Below are positions 38,287-45,903 of a stretch of 64,000 bases of DNA, piece after piece. The translations under genes and the position numbers were made by a program. Within the stretch, counting starts at the first letter, position 1, and each line of letters begins with the position of its first letter. Below the pieces are notes generated by a model that was given only the letters and a program-made list of their open reading frames with translations, did no database searches and was not told the origin of the DNA. The DNA is from Ignavibacteria bacterium (lineage in GTDB: Bacteria > Bacteroidota > Ignavibacteria > Tepidaquicellales > OLB5). The stretch lies in the NCBI GenBank assembly GCA_030835025.1, contig JAUQWS010000101.1, positions 14,097 to 78,096 of the forward strand. Reading direction: 5' to 3'.

Positions 38287-38856
38287 ATGAGAAAACTAAA
38301 ATTACAGATGCAAACTACCGCTAACGGTTTTGTTGGCGGGCCAAACGGCGAACTCAACTGGATGACATGGAACTGGAGCGATGACTTGAAAGCATATGCT
38401 GCAGACCTGACCACTTCGTTTGATACCATATTACTCGGCAGAAAAATGGCAGACGGATTTGTTAACCATTGGACAAATGTTACAAAGAATCCTGCTGACC
38501 CTGAATACGCCTCCGCAAAGATTTTTGTTGATACACCTAAGGTTGTCTTTACTAAAACTCTTGAAAGCTCTGCCTGGGCAAATACGGTTCTTGCAAAAGG
38601 TCTCCTTGCGGATGAAGTAAGCACCCTTAAGAAGAAAGCGGGAAGGGATATCATTGTATATGGCGGAGCTGGCTTTGTTTCTTCTCTGGTTGAAGAAAAT
38701 TTAATAGATGAATACAATCTATTTGTAAATCCTGCTGCAATTCCAGAAGGATTAACTGTGTTCGGGAAAGTTAAGAATATGTTGAGTCTTGAGCTTGTTG
38801 AATCAAGATCATTTGAGTGCGGAATCGTGCTTATGAAATTTATCCCTAAAACCTAA
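38287..38856 (+). CDS. Dihydrofolate reductase family protein (RibD C-terminal-like)
   Basis: The strings TANGFVGGPNGELNWM, DTILLGRKMADGF and IIVYGGAGFVSSL match this family. Confidence 0.75.
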   Translation: MRKLKLQMQTTANGFVGGPNGELNWMTWNWSDDLKAYAADLTTSFDTILLGRKMADGFVNHWTNVTKNPADPEYASAKIFVDTPKVVFTKTLESSAWANTVLAKGLLADEVSTLKKKAGRDIIVYGGAGFVSSLVEENLIDEYNLFVNPAAIPEGLTVFGKVKNMLSLELVESRSFECGIVLMKFIPKT

Positions 38857-38873
38857 AGCCGGAACATTCTTCA

Positions 38874-39083
38874 ATGGTTGAAGTGTTTAAAACCAATATC
38901 AGAGATCTAAAAACGGCAGAACAGTTGAAAACTTTGCTGCATGCAAAGATACCCGAAGGCAGGATCAACTTTGACCTCGAAGACTGCGACCGGATCTTAA
39001 GAGTTGAAAGCAAATTCCTGATACCGGATGAAATTGTAAATCTTCTTACCTGCAAAGGGTACTATTGCGAAGTGCTTGATTAA
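38874..39083 (+). CDS. Hypothetical small protein (69 aa)
   Basis: It is an intact ORF in an operon-like series, 17 nt after the previous gene. No domain is recognised. Confidence 0.4.
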   Translation: MVEVFKTNIRDLKTAEQLKTLLHAKIPEGRINFDLEDCDRILRVESKFLIPDEIVNLLTCKGYYCEVLD

Positions 39084-39155
39084 GACATAATAACAAACAA
39101 GTCCTGCAAATATCGAAATAATCCAAAAACAACTTAACTTAGAGGAGCAGCTTTT

Positions 39156-39635
39156 ATGATGGAAAAGATCACAACATGCCTTTGGTTTGATGACCGGGCT
39201 GAAGAAGCAGTAAACTTTTACACCGGCGTTTTCAAGGATTCAAAAATCGGATCCACATCTCGATATGATGAAGCAAGTGCCAAAGCTTCCGGAAGGCCGG
39301 TTGGAACCGTGCTGACTATGACATTTGAACTTGAAGGAAGGCATTTTATGGCTCTGAATGGCGGTCCAATGTTCAAATTCAACGAATCCGTTTCCCTTGT
39401 GGTGAATTGTGAAAACCAGGAAGAGATAGATTATTACTGGAACAAGCTCACTTCCGGAGGCGGCCAGGAATCAATGTGCGGGTGGCTTAAGGATAAATTC
39501 GGGCTTTCGTGGCAGATAGTACCAACAGAGCTTGGAAAGCTCATGTCGAGCAAAGAACCCGGCAAAGCACAGCGCGTAATGGCAGCACTGCTGCAGATGA
39601 AAAAGCTCGACCTGAATGCTTTGAAAAACGCCTGA
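39156..39635 (+). CDS. VOC-superfamily protein, PhnB/3-demethylubiquinone-9 methyltransferase-domain-like
   Basis: ITTCLWFDD.AEEAVNFY and CGWLKDKFGLSWQI are characteristic strings. Confidence 0.75.
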   Translation: MMEKITTCLWFDDRAEEAVNFYTGVFKDSKIGSTSRYDEASAKASGRPVGTVLTMTFELEGRHFMALNGGPMFKFNESVSLVVNCENQEEIDYYWNKLTSGGGQESMCGWLKDKFGLSWQIVPTELGKLMSSKEPGKAQRVMAALLQMKKLDLNALKNA

Positions 39636-39677
39636 TCGTAAAATTAATTTATTCTATAAACTAAAATTCTGAATATC

Positions 39678-40094
39678 ATGAAGAAAATGAATCCGGTTGT
39701 CCACTTTGAGCTGCCTGCGGCAAATAGAGATCGAATGGCAGACTTCTACTCAAATGCTTTCGGGTGGAAAGCGCAGAAATTAGGTCCCGAAATGGGAAAC
39801 TATGTTATTGTTACAACCTCTGAAACTGATGAAAAAGGATTTCCAAAGAAACAGGGAATGATAAACGGCGGACTTTTTGACAGGAGTGATGATAATCAAC
39901 ATCCCTCAGTTGTTATCGCTGTAGATGATATAAAAGCGGCAATGAAAGAAATTGAAAAAGCAGGCGGAAAAGTTCTGGGCGGCTATTACAAGAACGGTGA
40001 ACCCGATGATATTCCCGGTGTCGGACTCTACTCTGCTTTTATCGATACTGAAGGTAACCGTTTGAGCATCCTTCAGCCAAATCCAAATATGTAG
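39678..40094 (+). CDS. VOC-family (glyoxalase/bleomycin-resistance fold) protein
   Basis: It has VHFELPA at the N-terminus and DTEGNRLSILQ at the C-terminus. 138 aa. Confidence 0.75.
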   Translation: MKKMNPVVHFELPAANRDRMADFYSNAFGWKAQKLGPEMGNYVIVTTSETDEKGFPKKQGMINGGLFDRSDDNQHPSVVIAVDDIKAAMKEIEKAGGKVLGGYYKNGEPDDIPGVGLYSAFIDTEGNRLSILQPNPNM

Positions 40095-40129
40095 CTTATT
40101 GACCAAATTAAATTAGTAAGGAGAAAAAA

Positions 40130-40573
40130 ATGAACAGACTCAGCTTCACAACCAAGATTAATGCAACTAGAGAAAAAGTCTGGGATGTTTTGTTAAATGA
40201 TGAAACATACCGCATTTGGGCTTCAGAATTCATGCCCGGGTCATACGCTGATACAGACTGGAAAGAAGGAAGTAAAGCGTTGTTCCTTGGAACTGACGGA
40301 AGCGGTATGGTAAGCAGAATTGAAAAGAACATACCAAACGAGTACATTTCTATCCAGCATCTCGGATTTGTTAAGGACGGCATCGAGGACGTAACAAGCG
40401 ATAAAGTTAAGGAGTGGTCCGGAGCGCATGAGAATTATACATTGAAAGAAATAAATGGAATGACTGAGGTTTTAGTTGAAATGGATAGTAATGATGAATT
40501 CAAAGAGTATTTCAGCAGTACCTGGCCCAAAGCTCTTGAAAAAGTGAAAGAACTTTCAGAGAACAATAAGTAA
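40130..40573 (+). CDS. SRPBCC/AHSA1-like domain protein
   Basis: I.A.REKVWDVLLNDETYR.W and later strings are typical of the Aha1/SRPBCC fold. Confidence 0.75.
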   Translation: MNRLSFTTKINATREKVWDVLLNDETYRIWASEFMPGSYADTDWKEGSKALFLGTDGSGMVSRIEKNIPNEYISIQHLGFVKDGIEDVTSDKVKEWSGAHENYTLKEINGMTEVLVEMDSNDEFKEYFSSTWPKALEKVKELSENNK

Positions 40574-40578
40574 AAACT

Positions 40579-41145
40579 ATGGTAGAGAATAATCCTTTCG
40601 CATCGATAGGGTTAAGTAAACCTGCGCAAAGAGCGCTGGCAAATGCGGGTATTTCTGAACTGAAGAAGCTTTCAGGATTTACTGTAAAAGAGATATCCGC
40701 ACTTCACGGAATAGGACCGTCAGCAATTCCAAAACTAACGGCTGCGCTCAGATCAGCCGGATTTAATTTTGTTAAAACTAAATCAGATATGAACGATTCC
40801 GAAAAAGTCGCTGAATACATGGAGAAGCTCAAACACCCGCTTAAGGCTGAAATTGAGCTTGTAAGAAAAATAATCAAGAGCTCAGATAAGAAACTCTCAG
40901 AACGCATCAAGTGGAATGCACCGAGTTACTACTACAAGGAAGATCTTGTAACTTTTAATCCGCGGAAACAGGATGCAGTGCATCTGGTTTTCCACCACCC
41001 TTCAATAGTCAAGATCTCATCTCAATTACTTGAAGGTGAATACAAAGATAGAAGAATGACGTATTTTAAGGATAGCAAACAGATCAAAGCAGGCAAGAAA
41101 GAGCTCCAGCGCGTAATGAAAAAGCTGATTAGCTCAATTAAGTGA
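40579..41145 (+). CDS. DUF1801-like protein with N-terminal helix-hairpin-helix module
   Basis: The N-terminal module is LSKPAQRALANAGISELKKLS...LHGIGPSA (HhH). The C-terminal string IKWNAPSYYY...VHLVFHH is YdhG-like. Confidence 0.55.
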   Translation: MVENNPFASIGLSKPAQRALANAGISELKKLSGFTVKEISALHGIGPSAIPKLTAALRSAGFNFVKTKSDMNDSEKVAEYMEKLKHPLKAEIELVRKIIKSSDKKLSERIKWNAPSYYYKEDLVTFNPRKQDAVHLVFHHPSIVKISSQLLEGEYKDRRMTYFKDSKQIKAGKKELQRVMKKLISSIK

Positions 41146-41218
41146 ACTTTTAGATTAACTTCGCCATAACTCCTGTTTCGCGTTGATTTGCATCATATTT
41201 TGATGCTTTTTCAACGGT

Positions 41219-41226
41219 TATATTTG
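41219..41226 (+). promoter_or_regulatory. TATATTTG -7 box (with TTTG 16 nt upstream) for the peroxiredoxin gene
   Basis: It matches TAnnTTTG. A possible -33 TTTG lies at 41199..41202, and the ATG is at 41271. Confidence 0.45.
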
Positions 41227-41270
41227 TGTATGCGTCACATAACTAAGAAGCGTATAATACATATATAACC

Positions 41271-41978
41271 ATGGAAGAAATTATAACATCAATGCCGAGG
41301 ATTGGGGACCCTGCACCTGAATTCAAAGCAATAACAACCCAGGGAAATCTGAACTTCCCGAAAGATTATTCCGGAAGCTGGGTAATACTATTTAGCCACC
41401 CTGCAGATTTCACACCTGTTTGCACATCAGAATTCATGACTTTTGCAAAGCTTGAAGACGAATTTGCAGAGGCTAACTGTAAGCTTGTCGGTTTATCAGT
41501 TGACGGATTATACAGCCACATTGCATGGCTCAGGACTATTAAAGAAAAGATCATTTACAAGGGTATGAAAGAGGTTGAAGTAAAATTCCCGCTGATCGAA
41601 GACATAACAATGGAAGTGGCAAAGAAGTACGGAATGATACAGCCCGGCGAAAGCGCAACTAAAGCAGTTCGTGCAGTTTTCTTTATAGACCCAAAGGGAA
41701 TTATCCGGACAATTGTATACTATCCGCTTAACGTAGGCAGGAATTTTGAAGAGCTGTACAGGGTACTGATTGCATTAAGGACTTCAGATGCATTCGGAGT
41801 AGCTACTCCCGCAGACTGGAAACCCGGCGACGATGTAATTGTGCCGACTGCCGGTTCATGCGGTGTAGCCAAAGAAAGAATGGAGAACACTGTTGATATG
41901 ACCTGTTATGACTGGTTCTTCTGCACGAAGAAACTTGAAAAAGAAAAGATCTTCGAAGAAATTCTGATGAAGAATTGA
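41271..41978 (+). CDS. Peroxiredoxin, Prx6/1-Cys type
   Basis: GSWVILFSHPADFTPVCTSEF holds the peroxidatic Cys. The ~235-aa length fits the Prx6 subgroup. Confidence 0.9.
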   Translation: MEEIITSMPRIGDPAPEFKAITTQGNLNFPKDYSGSWVILFSHPADFTPVCTSEFMTFAKLEDEFAEANCKLVGLSVDGLYSHIAWLRTIKEKIIYKGMKEVEVKFPLIEDITMEVAKKYGMIQPGESATKAVRAVFFIDPKGIIRTIVYYPLNVGRNFEELYRVLIALRTSDAFGVATPADWKPGDDVIVPTAGSCGVAKERMENTVDMTCYDWFFCTKKLEKEKIFEEILMKN

Positions 41979-42003
41979 ATACTAAGTCATATCAAGATCT
42001 AAG

Positions 42004-42032
42004 CCGCAGTTAATTCACTGCGGTTTTTTTTT
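42004..42032 (+). terminator. Rho-independent terminator of the peroxiredoxin gene
   Basis: ccgcagt-taattc-actgcgg is followed by T9. Confidence 0.75.
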
Positions 42033-42205
42033 GTCATTCAACAAGTGCTTCAATCGGTAATATTCACAATTCACTCTTACGGGTCTTATGGGCATATTGA
42101 ACAGAACATGACTATTTCCGGTTTCCCAACCCGGCTTGTCATAATATACGAAGAAATGGAATTATTGGTTCAATCAAAATGTTTAGATAAATGAAGTAAA
42201 TTGTT

Positions 42206-42213
42206 TATATTTG
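42206..42213 (+). promoter_or_regulatory. TATATTTG -7 box driving an intergenic transcript
   Basis: It is an exact TAnnTTTG match with no protein gene downstream on this strand for about 2 kb. Confidence 0.4.
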
Positions 42214-42216
42214 TAT

Positions 42217-42331
42217 CGGGGAGTAAAAGACCCCGTAGAAAGGAGCGTGTATGCAAAGTATAAGTTTTAGGAGGGCGTGGGTATAACGCCCAACCCTATT
42301 TGAACCCCTCATTCATTGAGGGGTTTTTTTT
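42217..42331 (+). ncRNA. Candidate small RNA (~110 nt) with three hairpins and an intrinsic terminator; contains an 11-codon mini-ORF
   Basis: Hairpins are at 42217-42235 (cgggg/ccccg) and 42274-42290 (ggcgt/acgcc). The terminator cccctc-attcatt-gagggg plus T8 lies at 42305-42331. The mini-ORF at 42251..42286 encodes MQSISFRRAWV and is preceded by AGGAG. Confidence 0.35.
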
Positions 42332-42368
42332 ATGAATATCTGTAATTTAGAGTTGTTTTTTATAATGT

Positions 42369-42400
42369 AAAAAAGGGAGTTGAAAAACCCCCTTTTTTTT
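42369..42400. terminator. Bidirectional terminator (A-run/hairpin/T-run)
   Basis: The sequence is aaaaaaggg-agttgaaaaacc-cccttttttt. It serves the minus-strand gene ending at 42455. Confidence 0.55.
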
Positions 42401-42454
42401 CGCTTACACTTTTTTTTCAGTACCGGCGTAAATGAATAATCTTATTAGATATCC

Positions 42455-42940
42455 TTATTTTCTGCCTTTGTACTTTTCATCGTAATCACCGGAATTGTCC
42501 GGATCAGATTCTTTTTCTTCATACACAGGGTCAGTATTTCTGTCATCATTTTTATGTTTCTTTTTGTACCAGCCCTTATGCTTGCCGTTATCACCTTTCT
42601 TTTTCGACTTTTCGTAGTAGTAATCATTTTCTCTTACGTAATTACCGTTTCTGTCATATCCTTCTCTGTTATAACCGTTTTTGTTGTACCCGTATCTGTC
42701 ATAACCGTACATGTCATATCCATATCTGTCATAACCATTTCGGTCATATCCGTTCCTGTTGTAACCTGAACGGTCATACCCTTCTTTGTCATATCCGTTT
42801 TCATCATAGGTTCCTCCAAAAATATCCGGGATCTCTATCTTGAACACTACAGTACCATCATCCTGGCTGTAAGAATTGCCGGAAAAAGCAAAAAATGAAG
42901 CCAGAATAAAGAAAGATGTAAAAATGGTTTTTTTGAACAT
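42455..42940 (-). CDS. Secreted low-complexity protein with (G-Y-D/N-x-x) pentad repeats and Lys-rich tail
   Basis: A signal peptide (FFILASFFAFSG) is followed by 10 phase-perfect pentads: GYDKE GYDRS GYNRN GYDRN GYDRY GYDMY GYDRY GYNKN GYNRE GYDRN. An AAGGAG Shine-Dalgarno lies 8 nt upstream. Confidence 0.6.
   Translation of the reverse strand: MFKKTIFTSFFILASFFAFSGNSYSQDDGTVVFKIEIPDIFGGTYDENGYDKEGYDRSGYNRNGYDRNGYDRYGYDMYGYDRYGYNKNGYNREGYDRNGNYVRENDYYYEKSKKKGDNGKHKGWYKKKHKNDDRNTDPVYEEKESDPDNSGDYDEKYKGRK
42638..42814 (-). repeat. Tandem 15-nt coding repeats
   Basis: On the + strand a 15-nt periodic unit gtcata(a/t)cc.... recurs about 11 times. It encodes the GY(D/N)xx pentads. Confidence 0.8.
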
Positions 42941-43227
42941 TTGAATTATCTCCTTTTTGGTGTTTTGCTGACATTTTCAAGTTCAGCGTTGTATATATAA
43001 AACACCTGCCTGATTCAGTTGTTCCTGGAACTGCTACTAAAAATTGTAAATGAATGTAAACGGAAATCAATAAAGCGGTATAATAATTCCGGTCAAAATG
43101 GTGAGATTGGACGGAAGAAGTAGTCCAAATTCAGGAGTAAATTGTAAATAAGGCCTTATATATCAAAACCCCTCATCGCGCGAGCTATGAGGGGTCTTTA
43201 ATTCACGTTTGTTGAGTTATTATAGGG

Positions 43228-44118
43228 TTATTCAAAACTTACCATGGATCCGGTCAGTGTTACCGTAAGCTGGTTGTCGTTTTTTTCAAAAAATGAGAGA
43301 GTATATAATTCGCGATTGTTTACTCTGAAACTGTGGCTGCGATTCTCAGTTGTGACATTGAATTCCAGAATCTGCGGCAGTTCTTTAGAGCCGACCTTCA
43401 AGAAAAAATCTCCTGGCCTGCCTTCAAGAGCTTTTAGGGAATTTAGTGAATTAACACTGATATCAGTCTGAACGCCAATAATTACTGTCACTTTTTGATC
43501 TCTGATCCGGTTAATATTGATCCTTGATCTCTCGTATCCGAAAATCAAGTGCGGAAGCTCCGTTATCATTGTATTCTGAACTATACTCTCACTTTTGTTG
43601 CCGAACCTGATACCTTCCGATAGTGCCGCGGAAACAGCCGGGTCAAGTTCTGCCGAGCCCTCATCGATAACTTCAATTTTCGCATCATTCACTCGGTACA
43701 ATTTAGTGAACATTATGAGCCTGTCCTCATTGTACTTATTTGCAAAGTCATCCTTGAACACGACTGCCTCTCTATCAATTCCCAATTCCTCTGTTATGCC
43801 GCTTGTGAATTTAATTCTCAGCTTATTTATTTTTCCTTCCGGTATATTTGCATTTACAAGAATATTCTTAATTATCTGCTTTATACCTTCATCAGTTCCG
43901 CCTGTAAATGTATTGTACAGTTTTTCTGCATTCTCAGAGGAAGATATAACCCACTTCGATTCAATGCTTCCAAGCCCTGTCGAGCGGGGCATGCTTTCTT
44001 CTTCTGTAATTATTGCCGGTAATATGAGTCCCGGAGGCGGATTTTTGAAGAGCCCCGCTTCCTGGGAAAGTATACTTACACTCAGCAGCATTATTAACAG
44101 GTGTATTTTACTGAACAT
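43228..44118 (-). CDS. Hypothetical secreted protein (296 aa)
   Basis: It has a signal peptide (LLIMLLSVSILSQEAG) and its own terminator hairpin at 43170-43195. No domain is recognised. Confidence 0.5.
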   Translation of the reverse strand: MFSKIHLLIMLLSVSILSQEAGLFKNPPPGLILPAIITEEESMPRSTGLGSIESKWVISSSENAEKLYNTFTGGTDEGIKQIIKNILVNANIPEGKINKLRIKFTSGITEELGIDREAVVFKDDFANKYNEDRLIMFTKLYRVNDAKIEVIDEGSAELDPAVSAALSEGIRFGNKSESIVQNTMITELPHLIFGYERSRININRIRDQKVTVIIGVQTDISVNSLNSLKALEGRPGDFFLKVGSKELPQILEFNVTTENRSHSFRVNNRELYTLSFFEKNDNQLTVTLTGSMVSFE

Positions 44119-44321
44119 CTCTATAATTTTCTCCAGGGTAAATTTGATTTACTTAATACAAAAATAACATTTTGAATGCGGTAATACAATGATTTACGCA
44201 TCCAAAAGAGGAAATAAGGGATCAGAAGTCTCTGATTGAACTTCAAGGGTTCCCTTTTCAATTGTTTTGAACGTTTGTATTGATAATGTTTTAACAAGTT
44301 TAACCTAAACATGGAGGACGT

Positions 44322-45014
44322 GTGAAAAATCTGTTCATTAGTTACAAAATACCCTTTATTGTACCGGTCCTTGCCGCCGCAATTATCTCGTTAAACGGAA
44401 GTTTTGACCTATCTGTTGATGAAGATGCAATTGAATCAGAAAATCTTATCCTGAGCAGTGTCAGTATTTCCACCGACAACCAGGTTTCTAACTTGAATGC
44501 TTCTGTTCAGCTTAGCAGGCATATTGATTTTACCTCACAATTCACTTTAGCTGATACTATTATTTTGCCTGCAAATCCGTGTCCAGCGAATAATGGACTC
44601 AGTGCTGCCGGCGCCGGAATATTATTTAACCTGATAGGCGGCCCAAGAGACCTGTTTATCACCATGATCAAAACTGCTTTTTCGGCAGCTGCAGGTGCGC
44701 CGGTCAGATTTGAAGTTTATATCGGTAATGGCAACGCTCTTGGCGGACCGGTTGATTCAGGACCGGTTAGTTCACTTGCCGGTTGGACTTTAATAGATAC
44801 TGCTGATGGAATACTGGGTCCGGAAAAGAGCTATGTGGTATTAAGGGTTTATGATGCCAGCGGCCGGGAAGTTGCAAGACTGGCTAGCGGCGAGTTCACT
44901 GCAGGTGCATACCGGGTTAATTGGGGTGCTGGAAACCTCTCAAGCGGTGTATACTTCTACCGCATACAATCCGGCGGTTTCACACAAACCAGAAAACTTC
45001 TTCTCGTAAAATAA
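44322..45014 (+). CDS. Hypothetical protein with partial T9SS C-terminal sorting domain; GC-rich 3' two-thirds
   Basis: It has a GTG start and an N-terminal hydrophobic segment. The C-terminus VLRVYDASGREV...GVYFYRIQSGGFTQTRKLLLVK matches the distal half of the T9SS CTDs in this window, but the NYPNPFNP strand is missing. Confidence 0.5.
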   Translation: MKNLFISYKIPFIVPVLAAAIISLNGSFDLSVDEDAIESENLILSSVSISTDNQVSNLNASVQLSRHIDFTSQFTLADTIILPANPCPANNGLSAAGAGILFNLIGGPRDLFITMIKTAFSAAAGAPVRFEVYIGNGNALGGPVDSGPVSSLAGWTLIDTADGILGPEKSYVVLRVYDASGREVARLASGEFTAGAYRVNWGAGNLSSGVYFYRIQSGGFTQTRKLLLVK

Positions 45015-45163
45015 GCCTGTTAAGATTCAAATATGGGGAAATCCGGACATTCGGAGATCCCCATTTTTTTTGTAATTTGAAATACCATAGAACTAATCAA
45101 ATCCTTCTTTTTGTATGAAATTTGCTGCAATTAATAAGGGTTTTATTAAAACAAAAAAGTGAT

Positions 45164-45171
45164 TATCTTTG
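45164..45171 (+). promoter_or_regulatory. TATCTTTG -7 box for tRNA-Gln
   Basis: It matches TAnnTTTG and lies 18 nt upstream of the tRNA 5' end. Confidence 0.45.
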
Positions 45172-45189
45172 CAACCACACGATTATTAA

Positions 45190-45262
45190 TGCCCGATGGT
45201 GTAATTGGCAACACGCCTGACTCTGGATCAGGAAAGTCTAGGTTCGACCCCTAGTCGGGCAA
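45190..45262 (+). tRNA. tRNA-Gln (anticodon CTG)
   Basis: Hand-folded cloverleaf. The acceptor is TGCCCGA/TCGGGCA (U1-A72), the D stem GTGT/ACAC, the anticodon stem CCTGA/TCAGG with loop CT-CTG-GA, and the T arm CTAGG-TTCGACC-CCTAG. CCA is not encoded. Confidence 0.9.
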
Positions 45263-45325
45263 CTAAACATTTGATAGACGATCATTTTTATCAATTATCA
45301 ATTGTAAACTATCAACTACTAATGC

Positions 45326-45745
45326 ATGCCTGACCCAACTATCAATCTCGTCCCTGTAATAATTGCCGGTGTAATTAACATGGTTATCGGTGCACTTTGG
45401 TATTCCCCTTTTGTTGTAGGTAAGTTGTGGATGCGTTCAATGGGTAAGAAGGATGAAGAGATAAAACAGGGATTTTCCGGTGCTGCAATGGGCATTGTTT
45501 ATGTTGTAAATACGATTGCGTCACTTCTGTTTGCTTATGTTCTGGCTCACATAATTAAGTTCGCAAGCCTTTCGACTTTTGCCCAGGGAGCCAATGCAGG
45601 GTTCTGGATCTGGCTTGGCTTTGTTGTTACGACAGTTATTCCGGGATACCTTTACGAGAGCAGGCCGAAAATATTATACTTCCTTTTTATCATTTACCAG
45701 CTCATCTCAATTGTCCTGATGGGCGGCGTTCTTGCCATGTGGTAA
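45326..45745 (+). CDS. DUF1761-like membrane protein
   Basis: 139 aa with 4 TM helices. GALWYSPFVVGKLW is typical of DUF1761. Confidence 0.65.
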   Translation: MPDPTINLVPVIIAGVINMVIGALWYSPFVVGKLWMRSMGKKDEEIKQGFSGAAMGIVYVVNTIASLLFAYVLAHIIKFASLSTFAQGANAGFWIWLGFVVTTVIPGYLYESRPKILYFLFIIYQLISIVLMGGVLAMW

Positions 45746-45782
45746 TTCTGCAGTTTTTTAGCAGATTTTAGTTTCCCCTTAA

Positions 45783-45801
45783 GATAAAAATCATATACCG
45801 T
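45783..45801 (+). repeat. Direct repeat copy 1 (GATAAAAATCATATACCGT)
   Basis: It is identical to 46157..46176 except for one extra T in copy 2. Confidence 0.8.
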
Positions 45802-45903
45802 GTTGATAAAGATTATTTTTTTGAGCGAAAAAATTTGCCATTTTTGTAACGCTTAATAAATCGGGATTCTCAAAGAACTGCTCTCTTAAACGAGCTAAAT
45901 TGT

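Noticed and set aside
42638-42814. Regularly spaced short repeats that might suggest a CRISPR-like or satellite array
   Set aside because: The period is only 15 nt with no spacers. The array lies fully inside an intact ORF with a signal peptide and a Shine-Dalgarno, and it keeps the reading frame (GY(D/N)xx pentads). It is a coding tandem repeat, not a CRISPR array.
43595-44167. Long antisense ORFs from the ORF track. Examples are 43595..44167(+), 52042..52662(-), 30762..31307(+), 21344..21775(+), 21791..22249(+), 38277..38717(-), 4117..4500(+), and the series inside gcvP and nifJ.
   Set aside because: Each lies opposite a gene with unmistakable family motifs. Their translations are low-complexity (Ser/Leu/Phe/Ile-rich) with no motifs, as is typical of shadow ORFs.
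45190-45262. tRNA-Gln as an integration site for a genomic island covering the 42.0-45.1 kb accessory-looking genes
   Set aside because: I found no integrase, no recombinase and no direct repeat of the tRNA 3' end in the flanking 3-4 kb. The accessory block also lies 5' of the tRNA rather than 3' of it. The block may still be variable, but an integrative element cannot be supported.
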